DNA of 63,989 bases, the filler included, from Dirinaria sp. TL-2023a (lineage: Eukaryota): assembly GCA_051941275.1 (NCBI GenBank). It is 4 parts of 4 records of this genome, joined end to end, with 100 filler letters (N's around TTAATTAATTAA, not from the genome) between each part and the next. Parts side by side here need not be neighbours in the genome. Positions count along the whole stretch, not along the records: positions 33,228 to 49,683 come from JAVEBF010000488.1; 3 more parts are not named here. One strand, given 5' to 3'. Positions 35,183 through 46,463 of this stretch are shown here, in pieces (positions within the stretch are counted from its first letter, which is position 1; each line of letters starts with the position of its first letter). The notes beneath the pieces were generated by a model. That model had not been told where the DNA came from. It saw only the letters and a program-made list of their open reading frames with translations, and searched no databases. The translations under genes were made by a program, and so were the position numbers.

Positions 35183-37726
35183 ATGGTATTGAAATCGTTC
35201 CACACAGATGTCTTGAACGGGTTGTGTTCTACGGATCAACTAGATTTGCTGAACTCTGTAGACTGTCTCCGTTCGCAAGGCATCAGTCATTATGTCTCAT
35301 TGTCACAGATTATCGTATGCGGCGATCAGTCGTCTGAAAAAAGCTCCGTGCTGAAAGCAATTTCTGACGTATCTTTTCCTGTCAAGAGCAACCTAAGCAC
35401 TCGATTTCCGACGAAATTAGTCCTTCGCAAGACGTCGCAAACGAGTGTAAGCGTGTCGATTGTCTCGCATCAAGCTCGCACTGAATTCGAACGACTTGCT
35501 CTCAGCAGCTTTCACGAACAGCTAGAGAACTTCGAAGAGCTCTCAGACCTGATTGAGAAAGCAAAAGCGACTATGAGAATCTCAGTTCATGACAAAGCTT
35601 TCTCGAAAGACTTTCTTCGAGTTGAGGTCTCGAGTTCTGATCGGCCTCACTTGACAATTGTAGATCTACCTGAACTCATTCATTCTGAAACGAAACAGCA
35701 GTCTGCTTTCGATGTCGAGCTCGTACAAGACGTCGTTCAATTCTACATGAAGGAACCGAGAAGTATCATTCTGACGATGATCTCGACGAAAAACGACTAT
35801 GCAAACCAAATCGTGTTGAAGCTCGCCCGTGCAGCGGATAAGAAGAGTAATCGAACACTGAGTGTCATTACGAAGTCTGATACTTTGCTTGCAGACTCCG
35901 AGAGTGAAGCCATGTACGTGTCTCTCGCGGGAAACCAGGATGTGAAGTTCCGTCTTGAGTGACACGTATTGAAAAACATGGACTCCGAAACAGAAGAGTG
36001 GTCATTGACGAATCGCGATGTTAAGGAAAAGAAATTCTTTTCTCAAGAGATATGAGAAGACATGTCTCGATCGCTCCTAGGCGTTAAAAAATTACGCAGC
36101 AGGCTCAGCAAGATTCTACTTGAGCAAATCGCTGCGGAGCTACCCAGCTTGATTGATGAGATTGAAGTCAAATCAAGCGCTTGCCGCAGCCGGTTAGATA
36201 AGCTTGGTGATCCTCGAGCTACATTAGCAGAGCAGCAACTCTACTTATTCCACTTAAGTCAAGCATTCCAGTCACTGGTAAAAGCTGCTGTGGATGGTAC
36301 ATACAACGATCCGTTTTTTGACGATCCTAAGTCCGGACCCGGCTATCAAAAGCGCATACGAGCTGTGGTACAGAACCTCAACCTAGAATTTGCAGACAAA
36401 ATCGTCAGACGAGGTCACTGCCGCGAGGTCACCGATTCGAATGACACAAGTCGCGTCTCCAAAGACGTAATCTCAATCATCAGAGATAGATTCGTTGACC
36501 ATATACAGCACCTGATAAAGAGAACCAAGGGCCGAGAGTTGCCAGGGACCTTCAATCCTATGATCGTGTCAGATTTATTCTTAGAGCAGTCAACTCCCTG
36601 GGAAGCCATCGCTCGGAGCCACGTTGACAAAGTCTGAAAGGCCGCTAGAGAATTTCTTGGCCATGCAGCCGCCTACGTCGCCGATGCCACAACCTTCAAA
36701 GCACTCTTTCAAAAGATATTCGAGCCTGCTCTGAATCAGCTACTGGAAAGTTTGAGTGACAAAACCACCGAGCTGCTAACACCACATCAGAGAAGTCACC
36801 CAATCACATACAATCATTATTTCACCGAAACTCTGCAGAAGCTCCGTAACGAACGCAACCAGAATGAATATTCGAAGATCGTAAAACAATTCTTTGGCGT
36901 TTCTTCCCTCGAAACACACCATTATTGTCGTGGCAACCATGACCTCTATCAACTTGTAACCACTTTGGTGCAACGTACAGAACCAGACATGAATCGCTTC
37001 GCCTGTTCCGAAGCTTTGGATTGTATGGAGGCTTATTACAAGGTCGACCTTCTATCTTTATCCTGCCCCTACTTCCACCATCTCCCTTGCTAACCTCATT
37101 ATGTGATTATAGGTTGCTTTGAAACGCTTCATCGACGACATGGCCGTCGAGGTAATCGAAGCGAAGCTCATCTCCCCGATCAGCAGTATCTTCACTCCCG
37201 TAGCTGTCTCTGCTATGTCCGCCGACCTCGTAACGAGCATGGCTGATGAATTCGAGGAGAACCGTGCCCAGCGTGAACAATTGATCAAGCAGCTTGAGGT
37301 TCTCATGAAAGGCTCTGATATCTGTAAGCGTTTCATCGGTGTTAGACTCCTTAGTAAGCCAGACCCCTGCTTGTTCCATTTTGGCATTTGCTTATATCCT
37401 GGGTAGGTGCAGACGGTGATGCACCTCAGTCTGATCCTGAGTTCAATGACGACTCTGCAAGCGATGGGTCTATTGACTTTGATAAGGCGTCTAAACTTAC
37501 CTTCGAGGGAGACACTAGATCGTCAACGGATGGATCCGTGAGGCCCAGGCGCCTTAGTATTGAAAGATCCGAGCCCGTGATCAAAGAGAAAACCCCTCTT
37601 TCTGCGTCAGATCTAGTCACAAAAACTCTAGAAAGTGAATTTGTTGAATTAGGCTTGGGCACTTCTAAGAAGTCCAAAAAGAAGTCGAAAGTTTCTGCAG
37701 CGCGATCTGTCTTTGAAGAGGATTGA
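35183..37726 (+). pseudogene. Dynamin-family (Mx-like) GTPase with GED, inactivated by in-frame TGA codons and motif substitutions
   Basis: QIIVCGDQSSEKSSVL (G1), STRFPT (G2), LTIVDLPEL (G3), VITKSD (G4), GRELPGTFNP, HPITYNHYF, AYYKV|ALKRFIDD. TGA at 35960, 36053 and 36635 in an otherwise continuous frame. Confidence 0.9.
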
Positions 37727-39650
37727 TTCTTTTTCACCAATTTCGGATTATTCTGATCAGTTGTAGCATGCACACACAACAAAGTCATGTGATGATAGGC
37801 TCTCACCGTCTTTAACCTGTCCATAACGTGATTAAAACCATGTGACGCAGAAGACTGCGGCCAAAAATAATCGCATTTCAGTAAGGACTTTTGGGAAAGT
37901 CCCCTAAATGCATCTAATCGCCACGACCACGCAATTGCGAAGTTCAGATCTTCCACCTGCATTCCAAAAATGTTCAGTCTTGAGGAGATCTTTGTAAGCT
38001 TTACCCATCAGTTGTCCCAGCGACGGTCGCATAGAGTGGGATTGATCGACTTACGTTCTCGCTGTATCCAACGTAGCATGCGTTAATCGAAGCGGCTGCT
38101 GGGCCGCCCCTTGCAGCCCGGCTGTCCCCGCTTTCGGGAGAAAACTTCGAGGCAGCTTGAAGCTTTGGTGATACGCGGCGCTTGTTATACACGGGCGGAA
38201 CGTTGGTGTAATCCTCCGCTTCTTCTGGAATCCCAAGGACCACAGGCTAACAGCAGCTTAGCCGTCCCTCATCATCGCCGCTGACTTAAATGCATGGGAT
38301 CTACACTAATGACGCCGCTGTATGCAGCGGTCCTTTTTACAGAACGAAGAGCAAGCAAAGGAAAATCCGTGCTCAGCTCCATGCCGAGAAGTCCGCCAAT
38401 CAGGAGCAAGGGAACCTCGACAGCAAAAAGTCTAAGGCTCTCGAAGCGCTTCTCTTGCAGCGTGTAGATGTCGATACCCCAATATGCCACTATATCTGGA
38501 TAATACGGTTGACACGGCACTGAAATGTGATCATCTATTTCGCGCAGATTGTTTGAAGAGCTGGGACAAGCCTTCGTGCCCGTCGTGCAGGGAACTTAAC
38601 GGCAATGTTTGCCGGCTCCAATTCTAAAGGGTTCTTTCCCACCCATCGGTCACATTGTCGTACGAGCAGACGCCGTAGTCCTCAATACGGGCAGCTTCGT
38701 AAATATGTCTGAGCACTGGAAGTAGGTATATCGATCTTTTGGATAAAGGCTAGCTCTAACCGCTGTTATTAAACACGGGAGCGGGATTACTTCCGAATTT
38801 CTAGAGTTCTCGTACTGATGTCTTCACTAGTAAGCTGACGAATTTCTCGGGCTTAGCATACTCACTGATAGGCTACAACATCTGATTCTAATTGAACTCA
38901 CGTCTGAAATATTCGATGATAAGTGATTTACTCGAGTGGCAGGTGTTCGAGAGCAACATGATCCCATAGCCTCGATAGGAGATGTAGTACATATCTCGGA
39001 TGCTGTCAAAGTCTTGCAGAAGTGTATGAGGTCAATGGCAAAAGATACCTACTTTGTTTATGGTTGACTTTTCCCCACGAGTAGCACTCGGCGTTGGCAT
39101 TTGACACTCGATGAGACCTTCAGCGGTCTATGTAAAGAGGAGAATGAATTTTGCCTTGAAATAAACTTGAAATTGATATGATATATAGAATGAATGCTTG
39201 AATCTTTACTACGAACAAGCTGCGTAAAAAATAAACGTCCAAGCGAGGCATTGATTCACATCAAGATTCTCTAGGAATGCCCGTTTGAGGAAAGTATGCT
39301 ATACACGATCAGGGCGCGAATGCAGTCACTCAGAAGTCCAAATACTTTGTTAGCAAGGCATCAACTCTCTCACTGCGCCAATTCTCCTGCTTAACGTCGC
39401 GCAGAAAAACTCGGATACTGGGTGTCAGAAACGGAGTAAAGTGTCAGAACCGGATAAGGCGCCAGAATTGAAGCAGATGCGAGAGCAATGTGTCAGTAAG
39501 TACTCGTTGCGGCAGCACTTCGACCAAAGGTATCACTCCTCTCGAACCACCCGACCTTGTCCTTTTCTCATCCTGATTACTGCGTACCTCTGAAGAAGGC
39601 TTGGACAGTGTGCTTTACACAGCAGCATGTTTTCGCCGACCAACAACACC

Positions 39651-40395
39651 CTACCTCCCTTGTCTCCACAACCACCTCTCAAATTCAGCAGCATCCAGCC
39701 CTTTCGGCACCAGCCTTTTAGCAGTCTTCCACCTCGTAGAAGCCCCAAAATTCCTGTGGCCCGCGGGATTCTCCATCAAATCCTTAACTTTCCGCGTCTC
39801 CGGGCTATCCTCCCCCTCGCAAATTACTCTCGATTTGTGTCCCCTCTCCGCAAAAACGCTCGCTCGAGCCTGGTCGCCATGAGTGATGCTGATTTGGAAG
39901 GCGTCATAGTAAAGCCTAGCAATCGAGGCATCAGCACCACAATAATACTCCTCCTCGAGGACTTAAAGTAAGGAGTGACAATCCGCTAGACAATCATCTG
40001 GCCTGCTCATCACCCTATTTGAATCACCGATTGCATCGTCCAGATGTTGGATTTGGAGTCGATGAGCGTCGCTGATTTGAAGCTCGGGAAGTGGGAGGAA
40101 GCAGACACTGCAATTGCAGTCGAAGCCGAATGCATCTTTCAGATAGGTCCGTCGGGAGTCGGAGGGACCACCTTTGTCGTAGGAGATGGTAATTTCTTCC
40201 CCTGCGTTGATGTAATGGATTGCGTGGATGGTTTCACACTTTGTACCGCTGTTCCAGCTATTGTGAGCATTTGGAAGGCAGCTGTGATTTATGAGGCAAA
40301 TGGTAGGATAGATGCCACCAATCACGGAGTTGGGACCGCAGGGCAGAGCGTTGGTTTTGACAACACCACTGAACGGGTATTTGCCAGGGAAATTG
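39651..40395 (-). pseudogene. SET-domain (SMYD/SET5-like) methyltransferase fragment, 5'-truncated, one in-frame TAA
   Basis: INHSCLPNA, GEEITISY, FGFDCNCSVC. After the stop at 39963 the frame continues VLEEEY..RLYYDAFQISITHGDQARASVFAER...FERWLWRQGR*. Confidence 0.85.
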
Positions 40396-40705
40396 CTTCT
40401 ACATTTAGCAGTGACTTTCCTTGCACGCCGTTTCAAGATGAAGGATCTAGAAGCACCTGCTCTTGGATTGCTTAGGTCTCAACTACAATCTGAAAGGCCA
40501 CCTGACGAGCTTATATATTGCATTCAAGAGCTATACGCCACTCGAGACTATGAAGCAACACATATCATCCTCACGGAAGCAGCAGACTTATACACAACTT
40601 CCAGCATTCGCGGAAACTCTTCATAAGACCGCTCGCAAGATCGGAGATTCTGCAGTCGACCTTATGAAGGGTTTCACGAAAAGTAGTAATCGGCACGCAG
40701 ATTGA
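40396..40705 (+). pseudogene. C-terminal fragment of a BTB/POZ-like protein, frameshifted
   Basis: LHLAVTFLARRFKMKDLEAPAL...CIQELYAT...KIGDSAVDLM resembles the helices that follow fungal BTB domains. No start codon. Confidence 0.45.
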
Positions 40706-41495
40706 GAGTTTCAGAAGACCCTGCTCCAACAGCATACTTAGAGTCCCTATATACCACTATAGTGTTAAGCACTGTAACTATCAAAGGCACTCCAATGACA
40801 GTTGCGCAAAGATGGGAAGGAATGTGAGAGATTGCTTGGGAAAGAAAGATGGCGGATTATGTTGCGGGAAAGCGGCGAGGGGTGGTGCTGGCGCGCTTTG
40901 CCCTATCGGAGGGACGCCAAACCCAGCTGCGCCGACACCTCGACCCAGATAACAGCACGAAACTTTCGACGCCACTTGTGCAGCACGCCTTTACAGTCAT
41001 GTGATAATGCGACACATCCCGAAGAAAGGACCCATCGCGAAGTTTCTGACCTGACCACAAGGAGCTCAAGAAGCGTCGGCTGATTATGGTGGACCCACTG
41101 AGGCTTACCGAGGGGAAGATGAGTGAAGGACGAGCAAAAAGAGGGGAGAACAGCACGTGGACCAGTGTGTTCTGGGGAGGAAAGATGCTAGGTTTTTCTA
41201 TGATCCCCTTGAGACGCTGGAATGTGGCGCACGAGGATCACTTTCTACGTAAAAAAAAAAAGCAAAAAAAAAAAAAATGAAGACTACTTCTTCTCGTCCT
41301 CCTATTCGCCGACTAGGATCCAGGCATGCTGGTTACGTTCCAGCAGTGATAGAACGCAGTGAATCCCAAAGATACAGCTGCACGCGTATTGCTAATGGTG
41401 GGGTTCCAGGCGACCCTTTAGACTCAGCCAATGGAAATCGAAAGGTGGGAAGTGGGTGCAGCTGTAAGAAGAATGGGCCCGGCTGAGGGTGCGTG

Positions 41496-41501
41496 TATAA
41501 A
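41496..41501 (+). promoter_or_regulatory. Putative TATA box of the ART-like gene
   Basis: TATAAA about 180 bp upstream of ATG 41679, followed by a pyrimidine-rich tract. Confidence 0.4.
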
Positions 41502-41678
41502 GGGAGCTTCCTTTTCGTCCTCATTTTGGGGAGTCTAACCCTTCCCAATCACACAGACACCTGGCATATGTGAGCAGAGCAGAGACTCAGCATCGCTAGC
41601 CCTCGTCGTCCCTGTCACGTTCGCTCCTCTTTGATTACCGGCATTCTATATTTCATACTCACGAAGCCGAATTTTGCA

Positions 41679-42125
41679 ATGACGCCTAGCGTGTTCTACC
41701 GAGTCCATGACGATTCGTCCGCAACTCATTTCGATGAAGAATACGGTTTCCTTGCGGGAGACGATCAAACAATGCTCAGAATGTTTCCTCGCAACGATTG
41801 GGAAGCTACAAGGCTACGCAACGCTTTAGACAGACATCTTGATTGGTTTAACAGGACAGCGTCGTCTTTTATTTCAGTCTACGTCAACTATGACGCTGCA
41901 TTCAACGGCGCTATTGCGCGGAAAAATCAGGGCAAGAGAGGAATTTTTATCGCTCATATCGACGTTCGGAAAAGTCGTGAGTGCATGTGGCGCCGGAATG
42001 TGCGAGAAGTCGCAGTCGATGTAGACATCTGGATCCAGCAACAGGCCTGGAACAACTCGGAATATGAGTATCTCTTTCTCAACCATATTTCAGCGGAGGC
42101 TGTGACTAAATTAGAGGACTTTTGA
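41679..42125 (+). CDS. Small ADP-ribosyltransferase-fold protein (R-S-E type, DUF7587-like), 148 aa
   Basis: Intact intronless ORF: VFYRV (catalytic-type Arg), RHLDW..SSFISVY (Ser motif), IAHID, SEYEYLFLNHI (ExE). Confidence 0.7.
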   Translation: MTPSVFYRVHDDSSATHFDEEYGFLAGDDQTMLRMFPRNDWEATRLRNALDRHLDWFNRTASSFISVYVNYDAAFNGAIARKNQGKRGIFIAHIDVRKSRECMWRRNVREVAVDVDIWIQQQAWNNSEYEYLFLNHISAEAVTKLEDF

Positions 42126-42862
42126 GTAAATTCCGTTGATCAAGAATGTACGAAACTCAGAGTGAGTTGGTAGGTCTTTCTTTGCTGCGACTTGAATTAA
42201 TCAAGCATAGGGTTTATTTCGCGTTCGTATAAGAGACCTGTCAGAGGAGAACAGATGGCCCAAAGTTTATATCAGACCTCAGAGGCAGAAGTCGTGTGAT
42301 AGCTAGAGCGGAAGCATAAAATTGATAGGATAGGAAGCGGATACAATTGTGGTGTTACCTGCGCCGCAAAGATTTGAGCTGCACCCTTCACTAGAATCTA
42401 GTTCCATGAGGATCATTATGAATACTATACATTCGTAGCTTATTGCATGCTACAGGCTGTAGGGCTCTTGGAAAGAATAATTGAGACCGTTTTAAAGGGA
42501 AATCCGTAGCTGCTATAGATATCCATCCGCAATCGCTTGCCCACGCTCTAGAGTACCTAGCAAGGCTAGAGGGAAGTGCCTAGTTGCCCACGATGTCACC
42601 TCATGAAGGTCATTTTCGTGACTGGCTTGCGCAATTGATAGGTATGTGGTCGCTTCTAGGCAGAGAGCTGACATAGAGCACACTAGGCATAGGCCTTCTC
42701 GATGCAGTTAGCGGCATGAGGATGAGGTTTTCGCAGCATACTTGGCAGTCCTCTTGGCGGTGTGCCTGGAGGAGCATATAATGCTCCATTTGCACCTCGT
42801 TTTTTGGGCTTCTACAATTGCTTCATCTTCTGCTAGCAACGCACTCGATATCGCATTGCAGA

Positions 42863-43038
42863 AGCGCTTTCCCACCCACCCACTCCAGGTATCGGCCGCA
42901 GAGGTAGATGGAGTTGTTGGCGCTAGAGGCAGCATGTTTTTGGCTTGCTAGATAAACGCCTTTGGCGCCGACGAGGCCCAAAACCTAATAGATATGACTT
43001 TGCAAAGAACTAGTCCCATGTGGCAACACAAGCACTTC
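42863..43038. repeat. Left copy of an inverted repeat pair (partner 49486-49683)
   Basis: The reverse complement TTTGGGCCTCGTCGGCGCCAAAGGCGTTTATCTAGCAAG…AAAACATGCTGCCTCTAGCGCCAACAACTCCATCTACC…GGAGTGGGTGGGTG matches 49544-49683 with one ~20-bp indel. A weaker match (CATGGGACTAG, GAAGTGCTT) extends further. Confidence 0.9.
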
Positions 43039-44619
43039 CGATCAAAAAGAACACCACAATGACTTATTCCCACATCCGCCAGGTGGTCAAGGCAAGCGAG
43101 AATTTCATCCGCGAGTTCAATGGCGCGATCTTTGTTGAAAGCTTTTTCTCAATCGCTTCTTCTTGGAACCCTCCGGAAATGATAATCTTGATGCTAAAGA
43201 ACCTTTCACGTAATACTTGGTATCCAACAGCAATCGCTTGATCATGTAAATTCTGACAAGATACCTCACGAAGTATATAGGGTACGCCGAAATTTGGATG
43301 GAGATCTGTAAGATGCGGCATTCCTCCCTCAAGGAAATCAAGCTCATCTTGCATAGAGAGGTTCAGACGTTTCGTGACCATCTCGAAGCTCAGAATGTGA
43401 TCAAAAAGACGCGAGGCTTCACAGATTCAATATATCTGTGGGCTAGAAAAAGGTAACGTCTCTCCCTACATAGCAAGAAACCTATCGTGCTAAGAAAAAC
43501 GATGGGTACTTTGACTTCAAGCAACTTAGACTCTGTGCATGCATCATTATTTCTTATAATTCTGTATAAGCCGTGTGCTGTAGCCGCTCTCGGACACTGG
43601 AGACCGCTCTCATCTAGAAAATTACGTTCGCGGCGTCATCTTACCGTCTGATTTGTGGAGAGCCTCCTTTCATAAGATAACGGAATTTCTTCACGACCGA
43701 ACCACCATCGAGCTCTTTTCAGTCTGCGACTCCTGAACGCGTTCGACGAACTGCCAGCGGCGCGCAGCATGCGATAGACCGCATTGACGCCCTCTCCTGC
43801 AAGCCTGGTTGCGGCCGCCCCGAAGTCCGCCGTCGTCATCCGTTTGCGTGAGCGTGCCGCTTCTCCGAGCTGCGGGGCAACTTCATTGTCCTCTCAGTCC
43901 TTGAACGGACACAACCTTGTATACTGAGCTCCTTGTGCGAACAGAATGGCCCGCCGTGAAGTCAGCTCGCTGTTCTGCAATCTCACCGCACGCTGTTCTG
44001 AGACCGTGGCTTCTTTCCTCGACCAAATTGGGCTCAGCGCTACGGTAGAGAAATGGAGAGTGCGCGAGCGAGTTCTAAAAATGGTGCTGCAAAGTAGGAA
44101 CTTGGAGTCCTAGAGACATCGATGCAACACCGATTATCTCGGCACGATCAAGCCCCGCTTTTGGAGAGTCGCACACGCCGAGTCTCAGGCAAAATCGAAT
44201 AGTTGCGGCGACACTGCGGCATCGAAAACAGCAGCGGACGTTCAGAGTCGTCAGGACTTGAAGCAGGTCGTAGAGCGACATCTGGATTGGCGATGCCGCA
44301 TACTCAGCAGCTTCATATCTGTTTTTGATGACAGAAAGCTAGCAGGGAAGGCACAGAATGCTATCAATCGCAATTAATCGTAGTCTGAATCGTTCTTCGA
44401 ATAGGGATCGAATCTTCTCCTGTGATATTCTTTCAACCACTGCTCTTTCTTCTCCCGCTGCGTCTCTCGCTCATCAATGAGGAACTGCTCATTGTTATAT
44501 GCCTGGTAGTCTTCTTCATTGTGAAATTCAACTCAATCATCCAGAGGGATCCATCTTTTTTTGTGGGAATTTTGTGACCTTGAGAGTTCATCCGTAGTCG
44601 TGCATCTCCTTCGTCAAAT

Positions 44620-45215
44620 CATTGCTTGGATCCTGTTCGGGGTACACGTCGAAATTGACAACAATCTCTTTGGGGAAGGAATATGCCTGAAGTGCGTGTC
44701 GAGTAAATCTAACGCCTTCGCTGCGATTGGCGAATCGCTGAGTGCGTAGTTCGCGCAATCCGGTGAAATCAACAGTTCAAGAGTCCTTATGCTTGTACAG
44801 GTATCTCGGACGAGATCTAGATTTTTAATATGCGCATTGTGAAGCCTAGCGCTATTCGGCTGAGGATAATTGAAGGTAGGGAAGGCAATGCAGATATGGC
44901 GAATATGGCTTGCTTGGGATACGATTTGGTGAAGGAATGGGGCGATGTGGGCGCTGTCCGTGGCAGACGGTATGGAGGTGAATAATTCAGGGAACCGGAA
45001 GCGATTCCTGGAATAGAGTAGTTTGTTGGCTTCGCTTTACATCCTCTTATTGATACGGAGGAGAGCTGGACACAGCCCGTCCTTTTTGAACCGATAGAAT
45101 GGCGGTGACTAAGGGCCATAGTTAGCTACAAGGACGATCGGTTCTGAGAGAACGAGGAGTTCCGAGTAGACGTTGAGCCAGATTTCACGAGCGGTGTCGA
45201 AGATATTCATTTCAG
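44620..45215 (-). pseudogene. Degenerate F-box-like / hypothetical fungal protein
   Basis: REIWLNVYSELLV…LCPALLRINKRM*SEANKLLYSRNRFRF…IRHICIAFP, with stops and a frameshift. Confidence 0.45.
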
Positions 45216-45617
45216 TTGGAGTAATGGAGGCGATGTCAAGTGGGAGTTGGTCATACGTTGTGCATGATATAGTACAGTTAGCATGATTTTCAATTGGGCA
45301 GGGGATCTCTGCTAGCGTATCGGAACATCTCGGTGGTACTCTTGGTGTACGTCTAGTGGTTACTAGTTCTATATCCGACGTTAATGATTAGCGTACTTAA
45401 GAGGATGCTTCGATCAAGAAGCAACTATCGGCGTTGTTAAATTAAGTCCTAGGAATTATATAATAGAGGCTTCTTGTACCTTGCACTCAGTTCTCTTCTC
45501 GACACCTTCGTCATCTTTGTGTTCTCTCTGCTTTATCCTGCCTCTATCCATCTTGCCTCAAAGTACTCAAAGAAGTACGATTCCTCAGCGTCGCCCTTTA
45601 CATCAGTCAATCGTCAA

Positions 45618-46088
45618 ATGAAAAGGTGTACAACAATAGTTGATGCGCTTTTGAGACGGTGGCATGGAATGTTAGGTCTACCGCGGCAATCATCACCATT
45701 CTGGTACCGAGATCGACTTCGGGAGGAACTACAGGAACGTCGGATCGCAATATCACCCTGGCAGAAGCTCAGCGAGACATCAGATGTCCTTTTTTCCATC
45801 AGTCGAGCTCAGTACGACGGGTTTTCGGTTCGAAAATTGCCCCCCTTTGTTGCGACTAGCCATGTCCTCGTCTACGTGTATATGCTGGCAAAGTTCACTT
45901 TACGATGGAATTTCTTCCGAACAGCTGCTATTATTTGCAACGCTTCTCATTACAACTTAGTGCGCGAAGTAGTGAATCCTAACAAAGACCAAAAGCTCGA
46001 AGAAGTCGCTTTACGTCACCAGATTGACCCGATGGAATTTAAAAGAGTTGGCTGCTTGCTGCGACAAGTATGGCCTCTTCTCCCGTAA
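45618..46088 (+). CDS. MazG/DUF550-like all-alpha NTP pyrophosphohydrolase candidate (156 aa)
   Basis: Intact ORF from ATG 45618. RLREELQE-x13-ETSDVLF matches the ExxE...ExxD metal-binding signature of all-alpha NTP-PPases. Followed by MLAKFTLRW and VREVVNP.KD.KL. Confidence 0.6.
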   Translation: MKRCTTIVDALLRRWHGMLGLPRQSSPFWYRDRLREELQERRIAISPWQKLSETSDVLFSISRAQYDGFSVRKLPPFVATSHVLVYVYMLAKFTLRWNFFRTAAIICNASHYNLVREVVNPNKDQKLEEVALRHQIDPMEFKRVGCLLRQVWPLLP

Positions 46089-46463
46089 AGACGCTCTTTC
46101 GGTGATCGTCAGACTCAGCCATTGGAACGAGATCGAGAGAATACCAAAGCCACAGCCAATGACTTGATGCAAATCTCTTAGTCTTGTGTAACATTTGTTC
46201 AGTCATTGCTCTATTCTCTGTCGTTTGCCACTTCCATATCTTAAATTTCCCCAAAGGGGCTGGGTGCATGCGTGCAAAAAGTGGGCTGCTGCGGCAGAGT
46301 TTTCGAAAATCAAGGTCGCCCAGAACTCGATAACCAGTGCGGCCGACCTTGCATCTTACCTCCATATCGCCTTACACTGGCTAAATCTAATAAGATATAT
46401 ATCATCGAATATCGGATTAAGTTTCCTACCCACTCTTCCTAGAAGACCGAGGAAGTTAGTATA

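Noticed and set aside
37885..37905. GAAAGTCCCC, resembling the RNase MRP CR-I motif
   Set aside because: It is part of a small local hairpin (GGACTTT-TGGG-AAAGTCC). No matching CR-V / P4 partner was seen downstream.
38000..38720. Possible degenerate gene between the dynamin and the SET fragment
   Set aside because: Fragments in several frames, none assignable to a family by eye.
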